Assembly: GCA_016191685.1 (NCBI GenBank)
Contig: JACPVT010000215.1
Coordinates: 17,134 to 81,133, forward strand
Direction: 5' to 3'
Source of the DNA: Rhodospirillales bacterium
GTDB taxonomy: Bacteria > Pseudomonadota > Alphaproteobacteria > Reyranellales > Reyranellaceae
DNA: 64,000 bases
The notes under the pieces were generated by a model. The model was not told the DNA's origin. It worked only from the letters and a program-made list of their open reading frames with translations, and did not search any database. Below, one piece after another: positions 9,385 through 18,750 of the stretch. Every line of letters begins with the position of its first letter. The stretch's first letter is position 1. The translations under genes and the position numbers were made by a program.

Positions 9385-11172
9385 ATGGACGAACGTGGCT
9401 TGCGTGGTCTGATCGACCAAGTGAAGGCGGGCGGAATGTCCCGTCGCGTCTTCGTGCGGCGGCTGGCGGCGGTAGGGCTGACGGCGCCGATGGCGACCCA
9501 GCTTCTTGCCCTGTCGGGTGTGGCGATGGCCCAGCCGTCGCCCACCTATAAGCCGACCAAGCGCGGCGGCGGCGGTGTGCTGAAGGTTCTGTGGTGGCAG
9601 GGCCCGACCCTGCTCAATCCGCATTTCGCGGTCGGCACCAAGGACCAGGACGGCTCGCGCCTGTTCTACGAACCGCTGGCCGGCTGGGACCGCGAGGGCA
9701 ACCTCCGGCCCATACTGGCGGAGACGATTCCTGGCCGCGAGGACGGCACCCTGGCTGCCGACGGCAAGTCGGTGACCTGGAAGCTGAAGAAGGGCGTGAC
9801 TTGGCACGACGGCAAGCCGTTCACCGCCGACGACGTCGTCTTCACCTGGGAATATTCCAAAGATCCGGCGACGGCCACGCTCACCAGCGGCTCCTACAGG
9901 GACGTCACGGTCGAGAAGATCGACTCCCACACGGTCATCGTGAAGTTCGCGAAGCCGACCCCCTTCTGGGCCGATGCCTTCGTCGCGGCGGCCGGCATGG
10001 TGATCCCCAAGCACCTGTTCGCCGACTACATCGGCGCCAAGTCGCGTGACGCCCCGACCAACCTCAAGCCGGTCGGCACCGGCCCCTACATGTTCAAGGA
10101 CTTCAAGCCGGGCGACATGGTCATGGGTGTCATCAACCCGAACTATCACCAGGCCAACAAGCCCCACTTCGACTCGATCGAGATGAAGGGCGGTGGCGAC
10201 GCCATCTCGGCGGCGCGTGCCGTGCTGCAGACCGGCGAGTTCGATTTCGCCTGGAACATGCAGGTCGAGGACGAGATTCTTCAGCGACTGGAAAAGGGCG
10301 GCAAGGGCCGTGTCATCTTCAACAAGGGCGGCGGCATCGAGCACATCCAGCTCAACACCACCGATCCGTGGACCGAGGTCGACGGCGAGCGCTCGAGCCT
10401 CAAGACCAAGCACCCGATCCTGTCGGACCCGGCGGTGCGTCAGGCGCTGGCGCTGCTGGTCGACAAGGACTCGGTCGAGAAGCACATCTACGGTCGCACC
10501 GGAGCCGCGACGGCGAACTTCATCAACAACCCGGAGCGCTTCCGGTCCAAGACGACGAAGTACGAGTTCAACGTCGACAAGGCCAACACCCTTCTCGACA
10601 AGGCCGGCTGGGCCAGGGGCGTCGACGGCATCCGGGCCAAGGACGGCAAGAGGCTGAAGCTCGTCTACCAGACATCGATCAACCAGCCGCGGCAGAAGAA
10701 CCAGGCGATCGTCAAGCAGGCCGCCCAGAAGGCCGGCATCGACATGGAGCTGAAGTCGGTGACGGCATCGGTGTTCTTCTCCTCCGACGTCGCCAATCCC
10801 GACACCTACACCAAGTTCTACTGCGACCTGCAGATGTACAACAACAGCAGCCAGCCCGACCCGGAAATATTTCTGCGCCAGTTCTGTTCGTGGGAAGCCG
10901 CCACCAAGGAGAACAAATGGCAGGGCCGCAACATCACGCGCTGGCAGAACCAGGTGTATGACGACACCCATAAGGCTGCCCAGGTCGAGGTTGATCCGGT
11001 CAGGCGCGCCGCCATGCTGATCAAGCTGAACGAGCTGGCGGTGAACAACCAGGTCGTGATCCCCGTCGTGGCCCGACTTGGCGTCGCGGCCGCGAGCAAC
11101 AAGCTCGCCCTGGAACTCAGCGGCTGGGACAACAACACCTGGGATCTCGCGAACTGGTACCGCGAGAGCTGA
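9385..11172 (+). CDS. Peptide/nickel ABC transporter substrate-binding protein (SBP family 5), Tat-exported, no adjacent permease
   Basis: SRRVFV twin-arginine signal; [21 protein letters not shown]; PVGTGPY. Confidence 0.9.
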   Translation: MDERGLRGLIDQVKAGGMSRRVFVRRLAAVGLTAPMATQLLALSGVAMAQPSPTYKPTKRGGGGVLKVLWWQGPTLLNPHFAVGTKDQDGSRLFYEPLAGWDREGNLRPILAETIPGREDGTLAADGKSVTWKLKKGVTWHDGKPFTADDVVFTWEYSKDPATATLTSGSYRDVTVEKIDSHTVIVKFAKPTPFWADAFVAAAGMVIPKHLFADYIGAKSRDAPTNLKPVGTGPYMFKDFKPGDMVMGVINPNYHQANKPHFDSIEMKGGGDAISAARAVLQTGEFDFAWNMQVEDEILQRLEKGGKGRVIFNKGGGIEHIQLNTTDPWTEVDGERSSLKTKHPILSDPAVRQALALLVDKDSVEKHIYGRTGAATANFINNPERFRSKTTKYEFNVDKANTLLDKAGWARGVDGIRAKDGKRLKLVYQTSINQPRQKNQAIVKQAAQKAGIDMELKSVTASVFFSSDVANPDTYTKFYCDLQMYNNSSQPDPEIFLRQFCSWEAATKENKWQGRNITRWQNQVYDDTHKAAQVEVDPVRRAAMLIKLNELAVNNQVVIPVVARLGVAAASNKLALELSGWDNNTWDLANWYRES

Positions 11173-11175
11173 GAA

Positions 11176-12471
11176 TCAGGCCTTCGGCACCAGCCTCTCC
11201 CGATCGCGGTCGGGATGGTGGAACAGAATGACGACCAGCACCGAGGAGAGCGCGAGCGCCGTCATCAGGAGGAAACCGTCGACGAACGAACCGCGCAGGT
11301 TCAACACCCAGCCGGTGATGGCGGGTGCCAGGAAGCCTGCGATGGCGAAGGCGAAATCCATGATGCCGAGCGCCGTTGCCGCCCGGTGCGGGACGATGTC
11401 GACATTGACCGCGTAGTAGGCCGCGTTGGCGCCCATCGAGGCCGCGACCGCCACCGTGATCCCGGCGATGGCCACCGTGAGGTTGTCGGTAAGCGCCACG
11501 GGAATGACCGCCAGTGCAGCGACCAGCTGGCTGCCGGCAATCAGCCAGGAGCGGGCGATGCGCAGGCGGCCCGTCGTCTTCAGCAGATAGTCCGACCAGC
11601 GCCCGAACAGCCACAGCAGCACTGCCGCCGACAACCAGGGCAGCACCGTGAACAGCCCCACGGTCTGCAGGTCGAGTCCGTACTTGCGCTCGAGATAGCT
11701 CGGCAGCCAGGTCATGAAGAAGAACAGGAAGTAGCCGAAGACGAAGAAGGCCCAGTAGTTGGCGAGCAGTGTCGGGTTGGTGAGGAGCGTCCGGAGCACG
11801 CCGGGCTCGGGCCAGGATTTCAGGGCGGCATGCGGCGCGGCGGCGACTGACGGGTCACTCGTCCGGATATGGGCGAGCTCGGCCGCATTCACGAAGCGCG
11901 ACTCCGCCGGATCGTCGCGGAACAGGAAATACCACAGTGGCACCCAGGCGGCGGAGAGCACGAACAGGGCCGCGAAGGTGAGGCGCCAGTCGAGCCAGCC
12001 CAGGAGCTGCGTGACGATCGGCCCGCCGACGGCGAGCGCCAGTGGCACGGCGAACAGGGTATTGGCGAGCGCGGTCGCCCGCTCGTGCGGCGACAACCAG
12101 TGACTGACGGCGCCGGTCAGGGCGGGAAAGTTGGGACCTTCCGAAACGCCCAGCAGCACGCGCGCCGCGTAGAGGACGGCGAAACCGCCGGCGAGTGCGG
12201 TCGCCCCGATCGACAGGCTCCACAGGATGGCGGCGACGGTGAGGACGATGCGTGCGCCGTAGCGGTCCACGGCGAAGCCGCCGAACAGGGTGGTGAGGGC
12301 ATAGCCCAGGCCAAAGGCACCCAGGATGGTGCCGGTGTCGGCGGGCGACAGGCCGAGATCGCGCTGAATCGCGGGGATGGCGTAGGAGATGGCGGCCCGG
12401 TCGATGTAGTTGACGCCGGTGATGGCGAACAGCAGGAAGACGATGAACCACCGGTAGCGGGTACGCGCCAT
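11176..12471 (-). CDS. MFS transporter (ACS family, galactonate/glucarate-like)
   Basis: RYRW...VNYIDRA, DRYGAR, LLGVSEGPNFP, FFMTWLPSYL; about 12 hydrophobic segments. Confidence 0.88.
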   Translation of the reverse strand: MARTRYRWFIVFLLFAITGVNYIDRAAISYAIPAIQRDLGLSPADTGTILGAFGLGYALTTLFGGFAVDRYGARIVLTVAAILWSLSIGATALAGGFAVLYAARVLLGVSEGPNFPALTGAVSHWLSPHERATALANTLFAVPLALAVGGPIVTQLLGWLDWRLTFAALFVLSAAWVPLWYFLFRDDPAESRFVNAAELAHIRTSDPSVAAAPHAALKSWPEPGVLRTLLTNPTLLANYWAFFVFGYFLFFFMTWLPSYLERKYGLDLQTVGLFTVLPWLSAAVLLWLFGRWSDYLLKTTGRLRIARSWLIAGSQLVAALAVIPVALTDNLTVAIAGITVAVAASMGANAAYYAVNVDIVPHRAATALGIMDFAFAIAGFLAPAITGWVLNLRGSFVDGFLLMTALALSSVLVVILFHHPDRDRERLVPKA

Positions 12472-12484
12472 TTGCTTTGCCCTC

Positions 12485-13315
12485 TTATTTTGGCGCGGGC
12501 GGCTTGGGAAAGCATGCCTCGGCGGCGGACACGACGGTATCGACGAATGCCTTGGCGGCCGAATCGTTGTTTGTGAATTGTGTACTCACGCGTCCCCGCA
12601 ACGTCCACTCGCCTTCTTCGTCACGGCCAGCATCTTCCCAAGAGAAGGAGGGATTCTTTTTGATGAAACTTCTGGGTTGATATGTGAAAGACATCACCAC
12701 ATGTCGAAACGCGGCCGCCAAGTCCTTCAACTTGACATCGCTGCTCTCCACTAAGCCAATTATTTTCGGATTGTCTGGCGCGCCGCCGAAGGTGACCGCG
12801 CCTTCACTTGGGCAATCCGACAATCTCTTGTGCAAGTGGCAGCCACGGAAGAGAGAATGGGGTTGCAGTGGTGTGCTTGCAATATAGTTCTCCAGCAGCG
12901 CGCCGCTGGGGTAGCGAAGCTGGAGTTCATCGAAGAAGCGCAAAGCATGTGCTGGCGCGAACTGGAAATTACTTTCCCAGTAAGTTGTTCGGCCAGACCA
13001 ATCGAGAATAGGTCCATTCTCTGCAGCTTCGAGGCGCTTCTCTTCCGACAAGACCAGCCGTTTACCGAGAACAGTGAGGCCAGCCAAATCGCATGCCTGC
13101 TCCAACAGCATGTCGCCATGGAGTCCGGGGCCGATGTAAGCGTCTATCAGTTCGACGTCACCGCACTCCACACCGAAGTGTCCACCTCTGTATCGAATAT
13201 AGATGGCGCGCCCGTCTACTGTTTGCCCCCAGAACTGAGATGGGCGACTGCCACCGCCTTCAATCGAAATGAGGTCGATGTTGAGAGGTTTTAAGTTGGG
13301 TCGGCTGAAGAACAT
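12485..13315 (-). CDS. Hypothetical protein in an AT-richer segment
   Basis: 276-aa ORF with atypical codon usage; no recognised family. Confidence 0.6.
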   Translation of the reverse strand: MFFSRPNLKPLNIDLISIEGGGSRPSQFWGQTVDGRAIYIRYRGGHFGVECGDVELIDAYIGPGLHGDMLLEQACDLAGLTVLGKRLVLSEEKRLEAAENGPILDWSGRTTYWESNFQFAPAHALRFFDELQLRYPSGALLENYIASTPLQPHSLFRGCHLHKRLSDCPSEGAVTFGGAPDNPKIIGLVESSDVKLKDLAAAFRHVVMSFTYQPRSFIKKNPSFSWEDAGRDEEGEWTLRGRVSTQFTNNDSAAKAFVDTVVSAAEACFPKPPAPK

Positions 13316-13407
13316 CAGATTTCTAGATGATGTGGTAGAGCTTTGAGGTTGGGCGAGTTGCGCTTAGTCTTCAGTATCCCCTTGGGTATTACAATGGTCC
13401 TGAACCT

Positions 13408-14352
13408 ATGTCCGACAACCCGCCGATAGAATTCGCCTTTCCCGAGCTCAGGCGCTGGGAGAACGGCGGCGACGCGCCCTACGTTCATGTCCGCGACAGC
13501 GGCAAGCCGGGCCCGACGGTCATGGTGGCCGCCCTCACCCACGGCAACGAGGTCTCGGGCGCGATCGTGGTCGACGCCCTGCTCGCCGCCGGACTGAAGC
13601 CGCGCAAGGGAACGCTGATCTTCTCGTTCAACAACATCGAGGCCTATCACAGCTTCGATGCCAAGAACCCCTTCAAGTCGCGCATGATCGACGAGGATTT
13701 CAATCGCACCTGGGGCCGGCTCGACCAGCCGGCGACCACGCTCGAGACCCGGCGGGCGCAGGTGGTAAAGCCCTTCGTCGAACGCGCCGACTTTCTGCTC
13801 GATCTTCATTCCATGCATGACGACTGCGTGCCCCTGATGCTGTGCGGGCCGCTCGACCGCGGCGTGGCGCTGGCGCAGAAACTGGGGGCGCCGGTCGACC
13901 TGGTGCGCGACCGCGGCCACGCCGCCGGCATGCGCATGCGCGACTATGGCGGCTTCGGCGATCCCAAGGGTTCCAAGACCGCCCTGCTGATCGAGACCGG
14001 TCAGCATTGGCGCGCGTCGTCGGTCACGGTGGCCAAGGACGTGACGGCGCGCTTCCTCGTCGAGACGGGGGTCGTGGAGGAAGCCGATCTGCCGGCGGGC
14101 TGGAAGCAGCCGACGCCGTCCAGGCAGCGTGTCGTCCAGGTCACCCATGCCGTCGCGACCAAGCGCGGCAACTTCGTCTCGGCGCGTCGCTTCGAGGGCC
14201 AGGAAGTGATCGCAAAGGCCGGTACCGTGCTCGGCCACGACGACGGCGAGCCGGTGACGACTCCCTACGACGACTGCGTGCTGGTGATGCCGTCGATCAA
14301 CCGGCCGCTTCGGGCCGGCGTTACGGTTGTTCGCCTGGGTCGGCTGGCCTGA
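13408..14352 (+). CDS. Succinylglutamate desuccinylase/aspartoacylase family (M14-like) protein
   Basis: ALTHGNEVSG, DFNR, LLDLHSM, LIETGQHW. Confidence 0.85.
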   Translation: MSDNPPIEFAFPELRRWENGGDAPYVHVRDSGKPGPTVMVAALTHGNEVSGAIVVDALLAAGLKPRKGTLIFSFNNIEAYHSFDAKNPFKSRMIDEDFNRTWGRLDQPATTLETRRAQVVKPFVERADFLLDLHSMHDDCVPLMLCGPLDRGVALAQKLGAPVDLVRDRGHAAGMRMRDYGGFGDPKGSKTALLIETGQHWRASSVTVAKDVTARFLVETGVVEEADLPAGWKQPTPSRQRVVQVTHAVATKRGNFVSARRFEGQEVIAKAGTVLGHDDGEPVTTPYDDCVLVMPSINRPLRAGVTVVRLGRLA

Positions 14353-15922
14353 GGCCGGCCGACCCGAGTTCAGGGGGCCGGCGCAGCACGTAGCGCAGTT
14401 CCGATGGCTTGACGATGCCCAGCAGCGCGCCCAGTGCTGCATAGACAAGGCCGCCCAGGGCACAGACGCCCAGCAGCGCGGCAATGCCGGCAAGATTGCC
14501 GTGCGCCAGAGCCGGTCCCAGCATGACGAGCGCGCCCCACAGGCCGGCCCCCATGCCGAGCGTCGCTAGCACGACGCGCACCGTCCGCGAGCCGAGGCGG
14601 GAGTCGGGCGCCCACTGGCTGCGCCGCAGCAGGACGGCGGCCAGGAGAGCGGCGTTCAGCCAGCCCGATAGCGACGAGGCGAGCGCGATGCCGACCTGGG
14701 CGAGGGTGGTGCCATAGAGAAAGATGACGTTCAGGACGATGTTGGTCGCGATCGCCGCCATCGCGATATAGAGCGGCGTCCTGGTGTCCTCGCGGGCGAA
14801 GAAGCCCGGCGTCAGCGCCTTCACCACGACGAAGGCCGGCAGGCCGACGGCGAAGGCCGCGAGCGCGCCCGCGGTCCGCACTGTGTCGTCGGCGCTGAAG
14901 CGGCCGTGCTCGAACAGCATGCGGATGATGGGTTCGGCCAACTGCCACAGCGCCAGCGCCGCCGGCAGGCTGAACAGCAGGCCGTATTCGATGGCGCGGT
15001 TCTGGTTGGCCATCGCCGATGCGGCCTGGCCGGCGCGCAGCTCGCGGGCCATCAGCGGCAACAGCGCGGTGCCGATGGCGATGCCGACCACGCCCAGCGG
15101 CAGTTGCGCGACGCGGTCGGCATAGTAGAGCGCCGAGATCGTGCCGACCGGCAGCAGCGAGGCCCAGACCACGTCGAGCACGGCGCTGATCTGCTGCACG
15201 CCACCGCCGATGGCGACCGGCGTCGCCAATTTGACCAGCCGGGCGACACGCGCCGTCCAGCGCGGTCGCACCAGTCTCATGCCGACGCCGTCGCGGGCAC
15301 AGGCGATCAGCAGCCACAGCCATTGCAGGACGCCCGCGATCGCCACGCCGATCGAGGCGGCATAGCCGCTGTTGGGCAGGAATGGCGTCAGGCCGAGAAC
15401 GGCGCCGATCAGCGCGAGGTTGAGCAGGATGGGCGTCGCCGCGACATGGGCGAAGCGGTCGATGCTGTTCAGCACGCCGCCGTAAAGCGAGGTGAGCGAG
15501 ACGAACAGAAGGTAGGGAAAGGCGATACGGCCGAACTCGACGGCCAGAGCAAAGGTCGGCGCGTCGTCGCGCATGCCGGGCGCCAGGATCGCCATCACCC
15601 AGGGCATGGCGAGGATCAGCAGCACCGTGAAGGGCACCAGCACCAACAGCAGCGCCGCCTGCGCCTGGCGCGCAAAGGCCAGCGCCTCGGCGCGTCCACC
15701 GTCGTGAAGCTCGCGGGCGAACAGCGGCACGAAGGCCGCGGAAAACGCACCCTCGGCGAACAGGCGGCGGAAGAAGTTCGGCAGCTTGAAGGCCACGAAG
15801 AAGGCGTCGGCCACGGCGCCTGAGCCTAGGACGGCCGACAGCACGATGTCGCGTGCAAAGCCCACGAGCCTGCTCAGCAGCGTGAAGCTGCCGACCGTGG
15901 CGATGGCGCGGGCGAGACTCAT
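14321..15922 (-). CDS. murJ: Lipid II flippase MurJ
   Basis: LSRLVGFARD, AFKLPNFFRRLFAEGAFSAAFVP, LYYADRVAQLPLG, FFAREDTRTP. Confidence 0.96.
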   Translation of the reverse strand: MSLARAIATVGSFTLLSRLVGFARDIVLSAVLGSGAVADAFFVAFKLPNFFRRLFAEGAFSAAFVPLFARELHDGGRAEALAFARQAQAALLLVLVPFTVLLILAMPWVMAILAPGMRDDAPTFALAVEFGRIAFPYLLFVSLTSLYGGVLNSIDRFAHVAATPILLNLALIGAVLGLTPFLPNSGYAASIGVAIAGVLQWLWLLIACARDGVGMRLVRPRWTARVARLVKLATPVAIGGGVQQISAVLDVVWASLLPVGTISALYYADRVAQLPLGVVGIAIGTALLPLMARELRAGQAASAMANQNRAIEYGLLFSLPAALALWQLAEPIIRMLFEHGRFSADDTVRTAGALAAFAVGLPAFVVVKALTPGFFAREDTRTPLYIAMAAIATNIVLNVIFLYGTTLAQVGIALASSLSGWLNAALLAAVLLRRSQWAPDSRLGSRTVRVVLATLGMGAGLWGALVMLGPALAHGNLAGIAALLGVCALGGLVYAALGALLGIVKPSELRYVLRRPPELGSAGLRPADPGEQP

Positions 15923-15954
15923 GGGTCAAGGCTCATGGACGAATAATCAAACGA

Positions 15955-16093
15955 TTGCAGAAGCTTGCTCGCCGCTCCATTCGCCATAATTCTGTCACTG
16001 CTCGCTGGCATAGTCATTCGCGGTGGTGGCCGGCGATGTGATGGCCGGTTTAAACCGCCACCACGGCCGGTCCCCAAAAAGGGCCGGTTTTTT
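15955..16093 (+). promoter_or_regulatory. Trp-attenuator-like element (leader ORF ending RWHSHSRWWPAM*, alternative hairpins, intrinsic terminator)
   Basis: Trp codons at 16006, 16024, 16027 and TGA at 16039; 16023-16033 pairs with 16055-16064; 16043-16048 can pair with 16067-16072; terminator 16067-16093. Confidence 0.55.
16067..16093 (+). terminator. Rho-independent terminator on the + strand
   Basis: CCGGTCC-ccaaaaa-GGGCCGG followed by TTTTTT. Confidence 0.7.
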
Positions 16094-17342
16094 ATTGAGC
16101 ATTCGCCAGCTTCAGGAGCGTCTCGCGATCCTGGGCGACGAGCTTCTTGTAGTCGCCGACGATCCTCTCGAGTTCGTCGGCCGGCAGCACGCTTTCCAGG
16201 TTCGAAAATCCCTGCGGCGCCCGCTGCTCGACGATGTCGAGCATGACGTCGATGCCCTTGCGCCGGTTGCTGTCGACGATGCGCGCGGTCGGCGGCAGGC
16301 GGCGCTCTTCGTAGCGCTTCAATGCCATCTCAGGATCGCTGCTGGCCAGAAGCTCCTGCGTGATCGCCTCGCCGTCGAGGATCGCCTGCGAGGCGCCGTT
16401 CGAGCCGATCGGATACATCGGATGGGCGGCGTCGCCCAGCAGCGTGATCCGGCCATGCGACCAGCGCGGCAGTGGATCGCGGTCGATCATCGGGAATTCC
16501 AGGATCGTGTGGGCAGAGCGGATGACTCCGGGCACGTCGAGCCAGTCGAACTTCCAGTCCGCGAAGCGCGGCAGAAAATCCTCGAGCTTGCCTGCCTTGT
16601 TCCAGTCCTCACGCGAGGGCAGCGCGCCGTCGCCCATGTGCAGGTCGCAGATCCAGTTGATCAGCGCCTCGCCGCGCTCGGCATGGGCGCGGCTGATCGG
16701 ATAGCAGACGAACTTCTGGGTGTGGTGCCCCGCCTGCACCATGGTGGCGCCGCCGAGATAGGGCTTGCCCACTGTGACGCCGCGCCACATCAGGATGCCC
16801 TGCCACTTGGGCGGACCTTCGTCGGGATAGAATTTGCCGCGCACGGCGGAGTGGATGCCGTCGGCGCCGATCAGGATGTCGGCCTCGGCGGTCTCGGCGG
16901 CCCGCCCATCGCGATCGACGAAGCGCGCCGTGACCTTGCTGCCCCGCTGCGCGAAGTCGGCGATGCGGCGGCCAAACTTGATCCGCCCGGCGCCCAGCAT
17001 CGCACGCGCGGCATGGAACAGGATCATCTGCAGCTCGCCGCGGTGGATGGAAAACTGCGGCCACGGCAGGCCGGCGTGGCGGCCGCGCGGATCGGCCCAG
17101 ATCGTCTGGCCGTGGCGGTTGGCATAGCGAAGCTCGCGCGTCTCGATGGCGGTGGCGGCCAGGGCGGGTTCGAGGCCCAGCCCGGCGAGGATGCGGACAG
17201 CGCCGGCCTGGATGTTGATGCCGACACCCAGCGGTCTCAGCTCGCCCACCGCCTCGAACACTTCGACGTCGAAGCCCGCACGATGGAGGCACATCGCTGA
17301 GACGAGTCCGCCGATACCGGCGCCGGCAATGACGATCTTCAT
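16092..17342 (-). CDS. FAD-dependent monooxygenase (salicylate hydroxylase-like, group A)
   Basis: GAGIGG, LIGADGIHS, ITLLGDAAHPMYPIGSNGASQAILDG. Confidence 0.9.
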   Translation of the reverse strand: MKIVIAGAGIGGLVSAMCLHRAGFDVEVFEAVGELRPLGVGINIQAGAVRILAGLGLEPALAATAIETRELRYANRHGQTIWADPRGRHAGLPWPQFSIHRGELQMILFHAARAMLGAGRIKFGRRIADFAQRGSKVTARFVDRDGRAAETAEADILIGADGIHSAVRGKFYPDEGPPKWQGILMWRGVTVGKPYLGGATMVQAGHHTQKFVCYPISRAHAERGEALINWICDLHMGDGALPSREDWNKAGKLEDFLPRFADWKFDWLDVPGVIRSAHTILEFPMIDRDPLPRWSHGRITLLGDAAHPMYPIGSNGASQAILDGEAITQELLASSDPEMALKRYEERRLPPTARIVDSNRRKGIDVMLDIVEQRAPQGFSNLESVLPADELERIVGDYKKLVAQDRETLLKLANAQ

Positions 17343-17348
17343 CGGGCG

Positions 17349-17765
17349 CTAGGCGTCGCGACTCAATCCGCGATACAGCAGGGCAGCCTGATAGGCGGCC
17401 CAACGCTCGGCATAGGTGTCACCCAATTCGCGCAAATAGGCCCAACTGTAGATGCCGGTGTCGTGCTTGTCGTTGAACACGATGCGGACCGCGTAGTGAC
17501 CGACCGGCTCGATTGCCTCGATCTTCACGTGGCGCCGGCCCGAAACGATCTTCTTCTGGTTGGGGCCATGGCCCTGCACTTCGGCCGACGGACTCTCGAC
17601 GCGCAGATACTCGGCCGGCAGAGAGCAGTTGCGGCCGTCGGAGAAATCGATTTCAAGCCGGCCTTCCTCCTTGAACAGGCGCAGCTCGGCGGGCCATGGC
17701 GCCGAGGCCGCTTCGTAGCTGCCCTCGTCGGGCACTGCCTTGATGAAATCGTCCGAGGCGGTCAT
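17349..17765 (-). CDS. DUF971 (GBBH-like N-terminal domain) protein
   Basis: EYLRVESPSAEVQGH, VGHYAVRIVFNDKHDTGIYSW; GAGGAG RBS. Confidence 0.88.
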   Translation of the reverse strand: MTASDDFIKAVPDEGSYEAASAPWPAELRLFKEEGRLEIDFSDGRNCSLPAEYLRVESPSAEVQGHGPNQKKIVSGRRHVKIEAIEPVGHYAVRIVFNDKHDTGIYSWAYLRELGDTYAERWAAYQAALLYRGLSRDA

Positions 17766-17775
17766 CGCCGGCTCC

Positions 17776-17988
17776 TCATGGCACATCCCTCAGCTGCCGA
17801 GCTTCGCTCACCAGCATGATCGGAATGCCATCACGGATGGGATAGGCGAGGCCGGCCTTGCGGCTGATCAGTTCACCCGCCGCCGCATCGTATTCCAAAG
17901 GCCCGTGCGTGGCTGGGCAGACCAGGATTTCCAGCAATTTCGGGTCGACGCCGGCACGCCGCGGAGATGGGTCATTCGTCATGCTCAA
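17776..17988 (-). CDS. Trm112/YcaR family protein
   Basis: [11 protein letters not shown]...[13 protein letters not shown]. Confidence 0.92.
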   Translation of the reverse strand: MSMTNDPSPRRAGVDPKLLEILVCPATHGPLEYDAAAGELISRKAGLAYPIRDGIPIMLVSEARQLRDVP

Positions 17989-18016
17989 ATCATATCATGT
18001 TTGCCGGACTGCAAGC

Positions 18017-18730
18017 TCAGTTGGCCTTGCGCGTCGAGGGCTCGGACGGCTGGCCGAAGGCGTTCATTTCCAGGAAGGCGACCAGAAGCTTGGCCTGGGC
18101 CGAAGTGTCGGCCGCCTCCAGCAGCGCCTGCTTCTCGGCTGGGCCGAAGGGCAGGACCATCGACAGCGACGTGATCAGGCTGGCATCGGCCGCTTGTTTC
18201 AGGGCGTCCCAGTCGGTCGACAGGTTGCGGGTCCGGAAGAAGGCCGAAAGGGCGGCCATCAGGCGGTCACGATCGAACTCGACGGCATCGTCGGCGTGGT
18301 CGAGGTCGGCCCGGTAGGGCGAGAACACCGAAGAGACGCGGCGGTATCCACCATGGGCGAGGTCGAGTTCGCGCACGATCTCGAAGCGACAGACGCCGGA
18401 GAGCGCCAGCAGCAGGCGACCGTCCTCGGTCTCGTTGAAACTCACGATGCGGCCGGCGCAGCCGATCCGGTGCACCGGCGGCCGGCCGTCGTCGGTCGGC
18501 AGGCCGTCGCCGGCGTAGCCGCCGGGCTGCACGGGCTGCACCATGCCGATCATCCGGTGACCGGCCAGCGCATCGAACACCATGGCGAGGTAGCGCGGCT
18601 CGAAGACGTTGAGCGGCAGCTTGCCGCCGGGCAGCAGCAGCACGCCCGACAGGGGAAAGATCGGCAGCGTATCGGGCAGCTGCTCGAAGCTCGGGTCGAA
18701 GGGGTTGCGGCCAGGACTGCGGTCGCTCAT
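18017..18730 (-). CDS. LON peptidase substrate-binding domain protein
   Basis: LPIFPLSGVLLLPGGKLPLNVFEPRYLAM, EKQALLEA. Confidence 0.92.
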   Translation of the reverse strand: MSDRSPGRNPFDPSFEQLPDTLPIFPLSGVLLLPGGKLPLNVFEPRYLAMVFDALAGHRMIGMVQPVQPGGYAGDGLPTDDGRPPVHRIGCAGRIVSFNETEDGRLLLALSGVCRFEIVRELDLAHGGYRRVSSVFSPYRADLDHADDAVEFDRDRLMAALSAFFRTRNLSTDWDALKQAADASLITSLSMVLPFGPAEKQALLEAADTSAQAKLLVAFLEMNAFGQPSEPSTRKAN

Positions 18731-18750
18731 GGCCCCATCCGGTGCGCGTC

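Noticed and set aside
15965-16246. Ile/Leu-rich ORF as an ilv leader peptide
   Set aside because: It reads through the terminator without a stop; the Trp-containing frame fits the hairpin layout better.
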